Shown one piece after another: positions 53,469-64,000 of a DNA stretch of 64,000 bases. The notes beneath the pieces are model-generated. The model was not told the origin of the DNA. It did no database searches and worked only from the letters and a program-made list of their open reading frames with translations. A program made the position numbers and the translations under genes. Position 1 is the first letter of the stretch; each line of letters begins with the position of its first letter. Location of the stretch: contig NC_042998.1 of assembly GCF_006345805.1 (NCBI RefSeq), positions 50,220,001 to 50,284,000 on the forward strand. The letters run 5' to 3'. This DNA is from Octopus sinensis (taxonomy: Eukaryota).

Positions 53469-53849
53469 TGTTAGAAGATTGAGCCAGTTGGCCACGCCTC
53501 GTCATTTGACTGACTCTTCTAACAAGTCTAACCTGGGGCTACATACACAATACGGCACAATCAAAGAAATATTGCAGCACAACGCACACGTGCATACACA
53601 CACAAATAAGCACATACACATATTGTATATGACAAGGCGCTAACGTCTTCATAGGAAATAGATTTTGTTCTTTAGTGTACAGCCTGGAGGTATGTATTTT
53701 TTAATGAAGTAGAGCTGTCGGTTGGTTATTTTGATTTTTAGACAGCAGAACACAGGGTTTTCCAGCGTCTTGTTGGCTTCGTAAAAGCTTATTTTATTCC
53801 GTTTTCAGTCTTTTTTTCAAATTTAAATGCCTACAAGACATATATTTTC

Positions 53850-54256
53850 AGAATGGCAAAAAAAAAAATGCCGGATAAAATGCTTAAGAGCATTTCTTCC
53901 GGATCTTCGCATTTCATTCTTTCGGTGTCGGTAAATTAAGTACTACTTGAAAACTGGGGTCGATGAATTCGACCTTCCTCCCTCTCAAAATTCTTGGCCT
54001 TTTGCCAAAATTAGAAAGGATATTGAATAAAAGTTTCAAAATTTGGCACAAGGCCAGCAATTTCGGGAGAGGGAGAAGGCTTATTACATCGACCCTAGTA
54101 TTCAATTGGTATTTATTTTATAGACTGGTATTTATTTTATAGAGTGAAAGGCAAAGTCGGCCTTGGCGGAAATTGAACTCAGGATGTAAAGACGAACGAA
54201 ATGCTACTAAACATTATTTGTCCTGCCGTGTTAACGATTCTGTCAGCTCACCGCCT
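53850..54256. mobile_element. Tail-to-tail inverted pair of SINE family A copies
   Basis: 53850-54015 (+) and 54033-54256 (-). Confidence 0.75.
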
Positions 54257-54436
54257 TAGAAAGAATATTAATATAACAATGATTTATATGACAGTGTGAC
54301 TGTAGTGAGTCTGTTTCGGGCCTGTAGGCTCACTACGAGCTCAATCTGGCGTCCTATCTTGAGGTACTCACTCGGGATAGGACGCCAGTCCTTCGCAAGA
54401 ATGACTTCCAGCTGCAGCTGGTATAAGTCATCTCAG

Positions 54437-54667
54437 GGCGTCGAGCTGGCAGAAATGTTAGCACGCCGGGCGAAATGCTTAGCGGTATTTCGTCTGCCGC
54501 TACGTTCTGAGTTCAAATTCCGCTGAGGTCGACTTTGCCTTTCATCCTTTCGGGGTCGATTAAATAAGTACCAGTTACACACTGGGGTCTATATAATCGA
54601 CTTAATCCATTTGTCTGTCCTTGTTTGTCCTCTCTGTGTTTAGCCCCTTGTGGGTAGTAAAGAAATA
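54437..54667 (+). mobile_element. SINE family A, young full-length long-tail copy with 17-bp TSD
   Basis: TSD GGTATAAGTCATCTCAG at 54420-54436 and 54668-54684. The core GTCGACTTTGCCTTTCATCCTTTCGGGGTCGAT..AATAAGTACCAG resembles the Deu/Nin SINE domain (recalled). Confidence 0.95.
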
Positions 54668-54821
54668 GGTATAAGTCATCTCAGCCACAGCTATAAGATC
54701 ATCATCAAATAATACCTAGATGACATAATACACTGCCGGGTCTGAAAATCGAACTCACGATCAAAGTACGATTGAAAACCTGAGAATCTAACCTCTCGGC
54801 CGCTATCATTACAGTGTAATA

Positions 54822-56265
54822 ATAATATCAGTATAGATGTAATATTAATGTAAATGCCATATCAATATAAATGTGATATTAATTGTAGATTTCATATCAC
54901 TGTGAATGTCATTATAATATTTCTGTGATATCGATGTATATGTGATTCCAATGTAAATGTGCTGTCAATACGTGATATCAATGTTAATGCATTATCAGTA
55001 TAAATGGTACACCAGTCTACTTACCATATCAGCGTATACGTAACTTCACTCTAAATGTGATGTCAAAATAAGTGTGATATCAATGGAAATGTGATATCAG
55101 TATGTATGCAAAATTAATGGAGATGTAATATCTGTGTAAATGTATCTGTGATCTCAATATAAATGTGATATCGTTGTGAATGAGATATCAGTATAAATGT
55201 AATATCATTACAAAACTGATATCAACGAAAATGTGATCCCAATATAAATAAAGTCGACGTACATGTGATTTCTATGTAATCTTAATATAAAATTGATATC
55301 CATGTGTTATCAATACGAATGAGACACCATCATAGCAAGAACGAAAGGCGGTAAGCTGGCAGAAACGTTAGCACGCCGGGCGAAATGCTTAGGGGTATTT
55401 CGTATGTCTTTATGTTCTGAGTTCAAATTCCGCCGAGGTCGACTTTGCCTTTCATACTTTCGGGGTCGATTAATTGAGTACGAGTTGCGTACTGGGGTTT
55501 ATCCAATCGACTTGTCCCCTCCCCCAAAATTCCAGGCCTTGTGCCTAGAGTAGAAAAGAATATAATATGATTGTGAATGAGATATCTATATAAATGTAAA
55601 ATCATTACAAAACTGATATCAATGAAATTGTGATCCCAATATAGATAAATTCAACGTACATGTGATATCTATGTAATCTTAATATAAAATTGATATGTGT
55701 TACCAATGCAAATGAGACACCGAAATTCGGCAAGCTGGCAGAATTGTTAGCGCGCTGTACAAAATGTTTAACGGCATCTCTTCTGGTTTTATGCTCTGAG
55801 TCTTAACTCTGTCGCGGTCGACTTTGCCTTTCATACTTTCGGGGTCGATTAAATAAGTACCAGCTGAGCATTGCGGTCAATGTAATTGACTACCCCTCAC
55901 CCTAACCAAAATAATATCTGCCCTGTTGCCTGTAGAAGAACGGAAAGGATCGTGACAGTAATGAAAAAGTAGGTATGATATCCCACTTACAATAGTATCT
56001 ATGTGAATTTATGTCCAATGGAGGTTTAATATCATTATATAAATGATATCTGTATAGCACTACTAACAATGAAAATGTGATGCCAAAGTATAATACCAAT
56101 GTATTATACCAAAGTATAAGACCAGTAGTGCGAATGTAAAAGTGAAATCTGCGTAATTAATATCAATTCATATGATATCAACGTAAGAGTGATAGCAATG
56201 CAAATGTGATATCACGTTGTGATATCAATATGATATAGATATATGAAAAGTATCGAAATATAAAT
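54822..56265. repeat. Decayed 17-bp satellite (about ATATCAATGTAAATGTG) interrupted by two family A SINEs
   Basis: Consecutive units such as ATATCAGTATAGATGTA, ATATTAATGTAAATGCC, ATATCAATATAAATGTG; SINEs at 55346-55562 and 55728-55900. Confidence 0.75.
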
Positions 56266-56645
56266 GGGATGGCCATCTTATGTGTTCACAGAATAGTAAC
56301 GCAGCAACAACCGGATGCTTTCAAGATATCTCTGACTCGGCAGTTATCTTAATAAAACCGGAACAAGAGAGAGGATGGAACACCACTCGATGATGAGGAC
56401 GGCGATGATGATGATGATGACGACAACGACAACAATGATGATGAGGGGGATGAGGAGGAGGAGGAGGGGTAGTAGTAGCAGCTGAAAGATGATGCGAAAG
56501 TTGCTGTTTAAATCTTTATCCTATATCTGTTTTTTCGAACATAAGCACATACGTGTAACATAGACACACACACAAACACACACATATATGTACATATATA
56601 TGTGTGTATATATATAATACACACATTCATACATACATACATACA

Positions 56646-56692
<47 letters not shown>

Positions 56693-57050
56693 GAGAAAGA
56701 AGTGGGGAGAGAAAAATACAGTTATCTCAAATATTATGCGGCATAAATTTTTGAATTGTTAATCTTATGTTTGCCTCTAGGGGGCTGTGTTACAATACCA
56801 GATGATAATCGGGAACAACCCCATAGCAGAAGGCGAGGTAATCTCAGGAATCAAGAATTTTCCAAAGCTGATGATATAGCATTAAGGAAAAGGACAGGTT
56901 TATTGTCTGGAGAAAAAAGAAAAAGGTAGTTGGTGACATGTGTTTCTACGTCAATAGGCATCATCAGCGCGTTTATTGTCTTAACATATTTCAAGCAGCC
57001 ATGGGACGTAGGTCTTAACAAAAAATGTAAAACACATTTATGGTCCCGGT

Positions 57051-57610
57051 CAGTGGTTCTCGGCCCCTTTTTATGTATAGATCCCTTTGATTCTTATTTT
57101 GCTTAGAGAAACCCCCATACCGTTCGATGTGTAAAATAATCCTTTTTTTCTCATTTTTTTTTACTTGTTTTAGTCATTTCACTGCGTCCTTGCTGGAGCA
57201 CCGCCCTAAAAGTCTTTTTTAGTCGAAAGTATTTATTGTTTGTAAGCCTGGTACTTATTCTATCAGTCTTTTTTGCCGAACCGCTAAGTTACAAGCGTCT
57301 TTCAGTTTCCGTCTACCAAATCCACTCACAAGGCTTTGGTCGATCCGAGGCTATAGTAGAAGACACTTACCCAAAGTGCCACACAGTGGGACTGAAGCTG
57401 CAACAATGAGGTTGAGAAGCAAGCTTCTTACTACACAGCAACGATTAATTACATTTTTGATAATTAATTATTGTTAGGAATTGTAGCTAAAAGAAATTGA
57501 AATATTTTTTGTATTGTAGAAGTATAGCCAATAGCTCACACATAATTTCTAAAGAATAAAATATTTTATGGTGCTCCCAAAAGTCATTTAGAGCGAACTG
57601 AGAATCACTG
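57051..57610. mobile_element. hAT-type MITE with nested SINE family B (57160-57440)
   Basis: CAGTGGTTCTC ... GAGAATCACTG ends; 8-bp TSD-like GTCCCGGT/GTCTTGGT. Confidence 0.75.
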
Positions 57611-57741
57611 GTCTTGGTAATTTGCCGATATTAACGGAGTTGAGCCAAGAGAATTAACTCATGTGAGCCAGTGGCATGTATACGAACTTGTATATCCCTT
57701 TTGCAGCCTCTAACATAATTACCAATGATTTACTGCTACTC

Positions 57742-58062
57742 TTAGAGCGTCGGACTCACAATCATGAGGTAGTGAGTTCTACTCCTGGACCCAGCTGTGT
57801 GCTGTGTTCTTGAGCAAGACACTTTATTTCACGTGGCTCCAGCTCTCTCAGTTTTAGAAATGAGTTGCGACATCACTGATACGAAGGTGTATGGGTCTTT
57901 GCCTTTCCTTTGGATAACATCGTTGGCGTGGAGAGGGAAGGTTGTTATGTATGGGTGACTGTTGGTCTTCCATAAACAACCTTTCCCGGACTTGTGCCTT
58001 GCAGGGGAATATTCTAGGTACAATCCCATGGCCATTCTTGACCGAAGCGGGTCTTTATCCTA
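57742..58062 (+). mobile_element. tRNA-derived SINE, C-like head and core with tail Z
   Basis: GGACTCACAATCATGAGG...GAGTTC head and TTCTTGAGCAAGACACTTTATTTCACG core, followed by a 3' part not seen in other copies. Confidence 0.7.
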
Positions 58063-59068
58063 CTCTCACTCTATTTTAGTTACTTCGCTTAGTCTTATAC
58101 GGAATATAGGTAGAAACCTACTCTTGTAATAATATACAGATTTGAATCGAAGTGATTGAAATATTTCGTACTGTAACGAACGTGACTAGCATAGGCATAT
58201 GGCAAACATGAGTAGTTCCTCTTCTCTTGTACAGTATTAAAACATGGGGCTGCTATTAGAACAGACCAGAATACAGGATCTAAAGATTCTAAAGAACATG
58301 CAAAATACGAAGACAAAATACAGAAATTAATACAAGTTTTCTTTAAAGCCTAAATGTCTAAGATGGCTTCTTAATAAGATTATAATCAATTTACCTCCTC
58401 TTTAGACATAAAGCATATTATTTTATTTTATTTACTTAGCTTGTTTATGTTTAGTGTTTTCATCGATATTTGTTCGATCAGTTACATATCTTATTACCAA
58501 CAAGTGTCTTTCTTCTGGATATATACATAGCACCAAACTAATTCAAGCTAAGAACCTCATCTAACTACTTCCATGAGGCATATATCACTGTATAACAATT
58601 TTTTTTTTAGTCTTTGGTCGGTAAGTGTTATTTCCTGTTTGCTTCCATCTAGAAATCAAAGGACACAAATACCATTCCCTTGAAACTTTGCTTTTGTAAC
58701 CTAGATATCAATGTTATGAAACTGATCTATTTTCCATTACAGTTCAGACACATTTAGCACTGAGTTGGTGAAGCAGAAATACCATTATAGCAAATATTCT
58801 GCTTGTCTGCTGCTTGACCCCACCGCTTGATTATGTCCCTTAGCAGCTGACAATATGTGCCCTCTAATGATGAGCAGGTGTAGTGGGGGAGCATCATAGC
58901 TATGTGATGAAAGGGATTCTTTGGGGTTTGCATGGATGTAACAAAAGCCAAGTTTGAAGTAAATAGCCATTTTTCATATTTTGTAAGGGTAAGCAAATCG
59001 GAAATAACAGTTGCTACACATTGAATTAACGTCACAATTTAAGTTTACTTTTATATATCTTATCTAAC

Positions 59069-59236
59069 GGGAGTGGCTATGTGGTAAATAGCTTGCTTAC
59101 CAACCACATGGTTCCGGGTTCATTTCCACTGTGTGGCACCTTGGGCAAGTGTCTTCTACTTTAGCCACGGGCTGACCAAAGCCTTGTGAGTGGATTTCGC
59201 AGACGGAAACTGAAAGAAGCCCGTCGTATATATGTA

Positions 59237-59271
<35 letters not shown>

Positions 59272-59410
59272 TTGTTTGCGTCCCCGTAACTTAGCAGTTC
59301 GGCAAAAAAGACCGATAGAATAAGTATTAGGCTTACAAAGATTAAGTCTTGGGTCGATTTGCTCGACTAAAGGCGGTGCTCCATCATGGCTGCAGTCAAA
59401 TGACTGAAAC

Positions 59411-59415
<5 letters not shown>
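59069..59415 (+). mobile_element. SINE family B, near full length
   Basis: Head, CORE-like ACCTTGGGCAAGTGTCTT, internal TA tract and tail. Confidence 0.9.
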
Positions 59416-59453
<38 letters not shown>

Positions 59454-59710
59454 GATAGAGAGAGAGAGAGTTAATGAGTAACAATCAAAACTGATTTCCA
59501 TCACATGAAGTACTTTACTGTTAGAAGATTGCAAGTATTCAGGGACTCCTCCTTCAAATGCTTAGTCGTGCATAACAACCTCAGTTGTATTCAGGAAGGA
59601 AAACAAGAAGTATATTTGTTGAATCAAGAGCACTGTCAGAACACCATCATGAGATGCCATACATGACCACATTGGAAGCAGGCATCTTTCATATACTATC
59701 ACTGAAAATT

Positions 59711-60279
59711 AACGTACAGAAAACCTAATCTCGTAAAGTACAGAAAATCTAATCTCGTAACGTACAGAAAATCTCATTTCGTAACGTACAGAAAATCTCA
59801 TCTCGTAACGTACAGAAAATCTCATCTCGTAACGTACAGAAAATCTCATCTCGTAACGTACAGAAAATCTCATCTCGTAACGTACAGAAAATCTCATCTC
59901 GTACGTACAGAAAATCTCATCTCGTAACGTACAGAAAATCTCATCTCGTAACGTACAGAAAATCTCATCTCGTAACTACAGAAAAATCTCATCTCGTAAC
60001 GTACAGAAAATCTCATCTCGTAACGTACAGAAAATCTCATCTCGTAACGTACAGAAAATCTCATCTCGTAACGTACAGAAAATCTCATCTCGTAACGTAC
60101 AGAAAATCTCATCTCGTAACGTACAGAAAATCTCATCTCGTAACGTACAGAAAATCTCATCTCGTAACGTACAGAAAATCTCATCTCGTAACTTACAGAA
60201 AATCTCATCTCGTAACTTACAGAAAATCTCATCTCGTAACTTACAGAAAATCTCATCTCGTAACATACAGAGAATCTCA
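59711..60279. repeat. 24-bp minisatellite (AACGTACAGAAAATCTCATCTCGT), about 24 copies
   Basis: Head-to-tail with no spacers; variant units are concentrated at the two ends. Confidence 0.97.
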
Positions 60280-60366
60280 ACTAATGCAGAAATTGAGCCG
60301 ACGATCTAATCCAGAATGCGACACAAACGGTGAACCGTTCACTACTGTGTTGATAAGAAATTGCAA

Positions 60367-60690
60367 TCTTTTATCTTTTACCTGATTCCATCATTTGACT
60401 GCGGCCATACTGGAACACCGCCTTGAAGAATTTTTAGTCGAATGATTCGACCACAGTACTTATTCTGTCAGTTACCTTTGCCGAACTGCTAAGTTACGGA
60501 GACACAAACACGCCAATACCATTTGTCAAGCGGTGGTGGGAGGCAAGCATAGACACAGACACACACACACACATTAATATAGACGAGGGACGACTTTCAT
60601 TGGTCGACTCGAGGTTATAGTTGAAGACACTTGCTCAAGGTGTCACACAGTGAGACTGAACACAGAACCGTGTAGTTGGGAAGCAAACTT
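60367..60690 (-). mobile_element. SINE family B, decayed
   Basis: Tail and core recognisable. Confidence 0.75.
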
Positions 60691-61150
60691 ATTGGCAAAT
60701 GACCTCCAATATCTAGGTAGAAAAAATATGAAAGTCAAAAGCCACACGCATGTCTCATTGGACACCGGAAATCAGCTGTGCTCAAAGTTCCCGGAACATA
60801 GCAGTCAATTTCTTTCTACACTTTCACTCTCTAACAACAGACGTGTTCAGAACTAAGCGAGACATCGACTGCTTCTAAATTCTCTTATACATACGTGCAT
60901 ACATATATACGCACGTAAATATGTAAATACATATATGTCAACGTAAATATGTATATTTATATGTATACATGCATATATACATACATTTATGCATGCGTAT
61001 TTAGATGTATGCGTGAGTGTATGTGTGTAGTTGTTCTTGCGTTTTTTTTTCCTTTAGGAAACTGTTGCAGAAGTTAATTCCATACTACAATATTTTTGGA
61101 ACTTGCATTTTGCTGAAATTCAAAAGGTCAAACAAGAAGAAAAGGAGAAG

Positions 61151-61250
61151 TATGAGGATGATGATAATCATGAGGATGATGATAATAATAATAATAATGA
61201 TAATAATAATAATAATAATAATAACAATAATAATAATAATAATAATATAA
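61151..61250. repeat. (GAT)/(AAT)n microsatellite
   Basis: Directly visible. Confidence 0.9.
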
Positions 61251-62356
61251 TGAAGAGAGAAGAAAAACTATTTCCCTTCGTTGACATGTTATTGTAGAGA
61301 TTGCAGACTCTGTTGAGACAGACTTCACTTGAATATCTTGGAAAATTTGGTTAGACATATACACACACATCAATCCCCACTTTAATGTTTGTGGCTATAG
61401 ATGTGTTACCCCACCCCACACATCGGTATAAATATACATATATATATATATTATATATATATATATATATATATGCACATGTATGCATACATATATATAT
61501 ATATATACAAATACATATATATGTATGTATTAGGTGTATGCGTGCGTGTGTATGTGTGTGTGTGCATATGTATGTGTATGTATATATATATACATACACA
61601 CATACATATATGGAAATGGATGCGTCGCATTCAATTTGTACGTAGGTGTGTCTTGGTTTTGTTCCCCCCACCCCCCATCACCGTTGACAACTGCTGCTGG
61701 TTTGTTCACGTCCGCGACAGTGTCACCATTAGAAAATAAGTACTGGGGTAGAGTCTTTCAAAGTGGTGTTCCAGCATGGTCGTAACCCGGTGACCGAAGG
61801 AAGTGAAAAACAAAAGCAAAATGTAAGAAGGTTGACTCTGAATTACACACAGCATCACTTCATCCAATAGATTTCGAAGCAATTTACGTCGACCCACGAG
61901 GCTAAATTAGCAAAAAAAAAAAAACTTGCTCAAGATACCACACGGTAGGATCGAACACTTGTCCTCATGATTCCGAAGCGTGCTTTTTAACTTCTTCGCC
62001 ACGCCTGCGCCCTCACGGAAACATTTGCTTGCACAAGTATGCGTACTTGATGTCGCATTCTCCTTAAAACTTACAGTTAAAATAAACATAGCAGGACCAA
62101 CAAAGTAGTGGGGGAGCTTTTATGGACACTCAAAATGCTTGAAATATTAGTCAAATCACCCTCAGATCACGCACAACTGTGTTTAAAAAAGAATACACTG
62201 AATATTGTGACCCATGGCTCCCGACATAGGTTGTTGGTCATGAATGAAATACCTTTGGTCATAAGTTTGCTCTTTCGAGATTGATCTGGTGCCAAACAAA
62301 CCCTATTTCCGTATATGCTAACGACGGAGATTTTTACGTGGAAGCTATACTTTAAG

Positions 62357-63050
62357 TGGAGGCACGTATCTAAGTGGTTACAGTGTTGAGCTCATGATAA
62401 TAAGATTCTGCTTTCGATTCCTAGACCTGGCGATGCATTGTGTTCTTGAGCGGAACACATCATTTCACGTTGCCCCAGTCCACTCAGCTGGCAAAAATTT
62501 GTAATCCTGCGACGGAGCGGCGTCCCGTCCCAGTGGAGAATATATATGCCATAGAAACCGGAAAACCGGCCCTTATGAGTCGGTATGACGCGGGAAGGAA
62601 CTTTACTTTATTTTAAATGCTCTTTTTTTTTTAAACTGCTGGAACAACAGTGAAATCTCTGTCAAATTACATCCACATTGCCTTAAAGGACACATGAAGT
62701 AACAGGCTGATAGCTTCATTGTGTATATCTCACTCCGTCGGTTACGACTACGAGGGTTCCCGTTGATCCGATCAACGAAACAGACTGCTCAGGAAATTAA
62801 CGTGTAAGTGGCTGAGCACTCCACAAACACGTGTACCTCTAACGTAGTTGTCAGGAGTATTCAGCATGGCATGGAAAGTGACAAGGCTGGCCCTTTGATA
62901 TACAGGTACTTCTCTTTTTTGCCAGCTGAGTGGACTGGAGCAACGTGAAACAATGTGTCTTGCTCACAAACACAATGCACTGCCGTGAATTGAACTCAAG
63001 ACCTTACGATCATGAGCCGAATACTTTAAACACTACACCGCGTGTCTTCA
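62357..63050. mobile_element. Two C-like SINEs tail-to-tail: 62357-62612 (+, tail X) and 62730-63050 (-, tail Y)
   Basis: Shared head and CACGTTGC.CCAGTCCACTCAGCTGGCAAAAA core, different tails. Confidence 0.8.
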
Positions 63051-63325
63051 CGTTCATTGTATACTGGGGGTAAGAAATAAAAGGAGGTTATTCACGCTGG
63101 AATGTTTTTGATGGAAGGTATATCTGATCAAGGCTGGCAGCACTATTTTGAATGGTTTAGTCGAACGAATCAACTCCAGTACTATTTTGAAGTCTGGTAC
63201 TTACACAATCGATATCCTTTGCCGAACTGCTACGTGAAGTTGACATGAACAAACTGAAACCCGGTAGTCAAGTGGTGTTGGGGAACAACCACAAAAGAAC
63301 AGTCATGTATATAGATATATAGATA

Positions 63326-63538
63326 CGATGGGGTGGTGAAAAGTTCCTGGCTTTGGGTAAAAGAAAATACAGAAGGATAAGTTATGACTTTGTTCAACAT
63401 ATTCCGCTCCCAGATTCACACACTTATTGCAGCGACCCTTCAGTTTTTCTAAGCCCTGTAAAAGAAATTTGAAGGTTGAGCCTCCAACCAGGCCTTTTGC
63501 GATACCCTTAGAGCCATGAACTTTTGAGCATCCCCTCG
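63326..63538. mobile_element. Tc1/mariner-type MITE
   Basis: TA-flanked on both sides; homologous to 43239-43437. Confidence 0.8.
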
Positions 63539-63688
63539 TATGTGTATGTATGCTTAACTACACACACACACTTCCGACTGGCTTTGGAGAACCTAATTCG
63601 CGGAATTCTTTCTACCATCGGATTACATTACCTTGTTCATTCGGAATATGCAATTTCTGCATCTTGATTGTGAATCATATATATATAT

Positions 63689-63750
<62 letters not shown>

Positions 63751-63753
63751 TAG

Positions 63754-63902
63754 TGTTATGTCGCATATTTGGATGACCTCTATTCTGCTTGACTCTACCG
63801 GTAGTCTCAACTCTCCTCTGACTGCTTCCCTGTTCTAGTCTCTCCCTCTGTATCTACGTATTGGGCTAGCCTACTTCATTGTCTGGAGGCGTCCACACAA
63901 CA
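63754..63902. mobile_element. Solo-LTR-like insert in (GATA)n
   Basis: TGTTATG...CACAACA termini (TG..CA, imperfect inverted ends) with GATAG on both sides. Confidence 0.35.
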
Positions 63903-64000
63903 GATAGATAGATAGATAGATAGATAGATAAATATAGATAGATATTTACATGCAAACATACACACACAATTTATACGACATGCTTCCACAGACGTTCAGT

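Noticed and set aside
59711-60279. CRISPR array or repeat protein (MRFSVRYE)n
   Set aside because: There are no unique spacers and no cas genes, the context is eukaryotic, and single-base indels break the frame.

Overview
AT-rich, repeat-saturated non-coding eukaryotic DNA. The three dominant tRNA-derived SINE families and the very high (TA)n/(CA)n/(CATA)n/(GATA)n load look like an octopus (Octopus sp.) genome; this is recognition from memory, not a database result. No intact protein-coding gene is supported: nearly every ORF in the track is a translated microsatellite or SINE. The window holds dozens of SINE copies, two non-autonomous Helitrons, a Helentron/DINE-1-like element, hAT and mariner MITEs, and short remnants of Tc1, CR1/L2-group, L1/Tx1-like and Penelope-like elements. 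It also has a homogeneous 24-bp minisatellite and a decayed 17-bp satellite. Three signals stand out. (1) At least three well-formed and four degenerate type I hammerhead ribozyme motifs sit in apparently unrelated short inserts, mostly beside or inside microsatellites (Penelope pLTR/retrozyme-like). (2) A SINE repeatedly forms head-less tandem multimers at one identical internal junction (GGTATTTCG), suggesting self-targeted insertion. (3) Several long near-perfect fold-backs have 26-75 bp arms. Structures were folded by eye and element boundaries are approximate unless a TSD or TIR is quoted.
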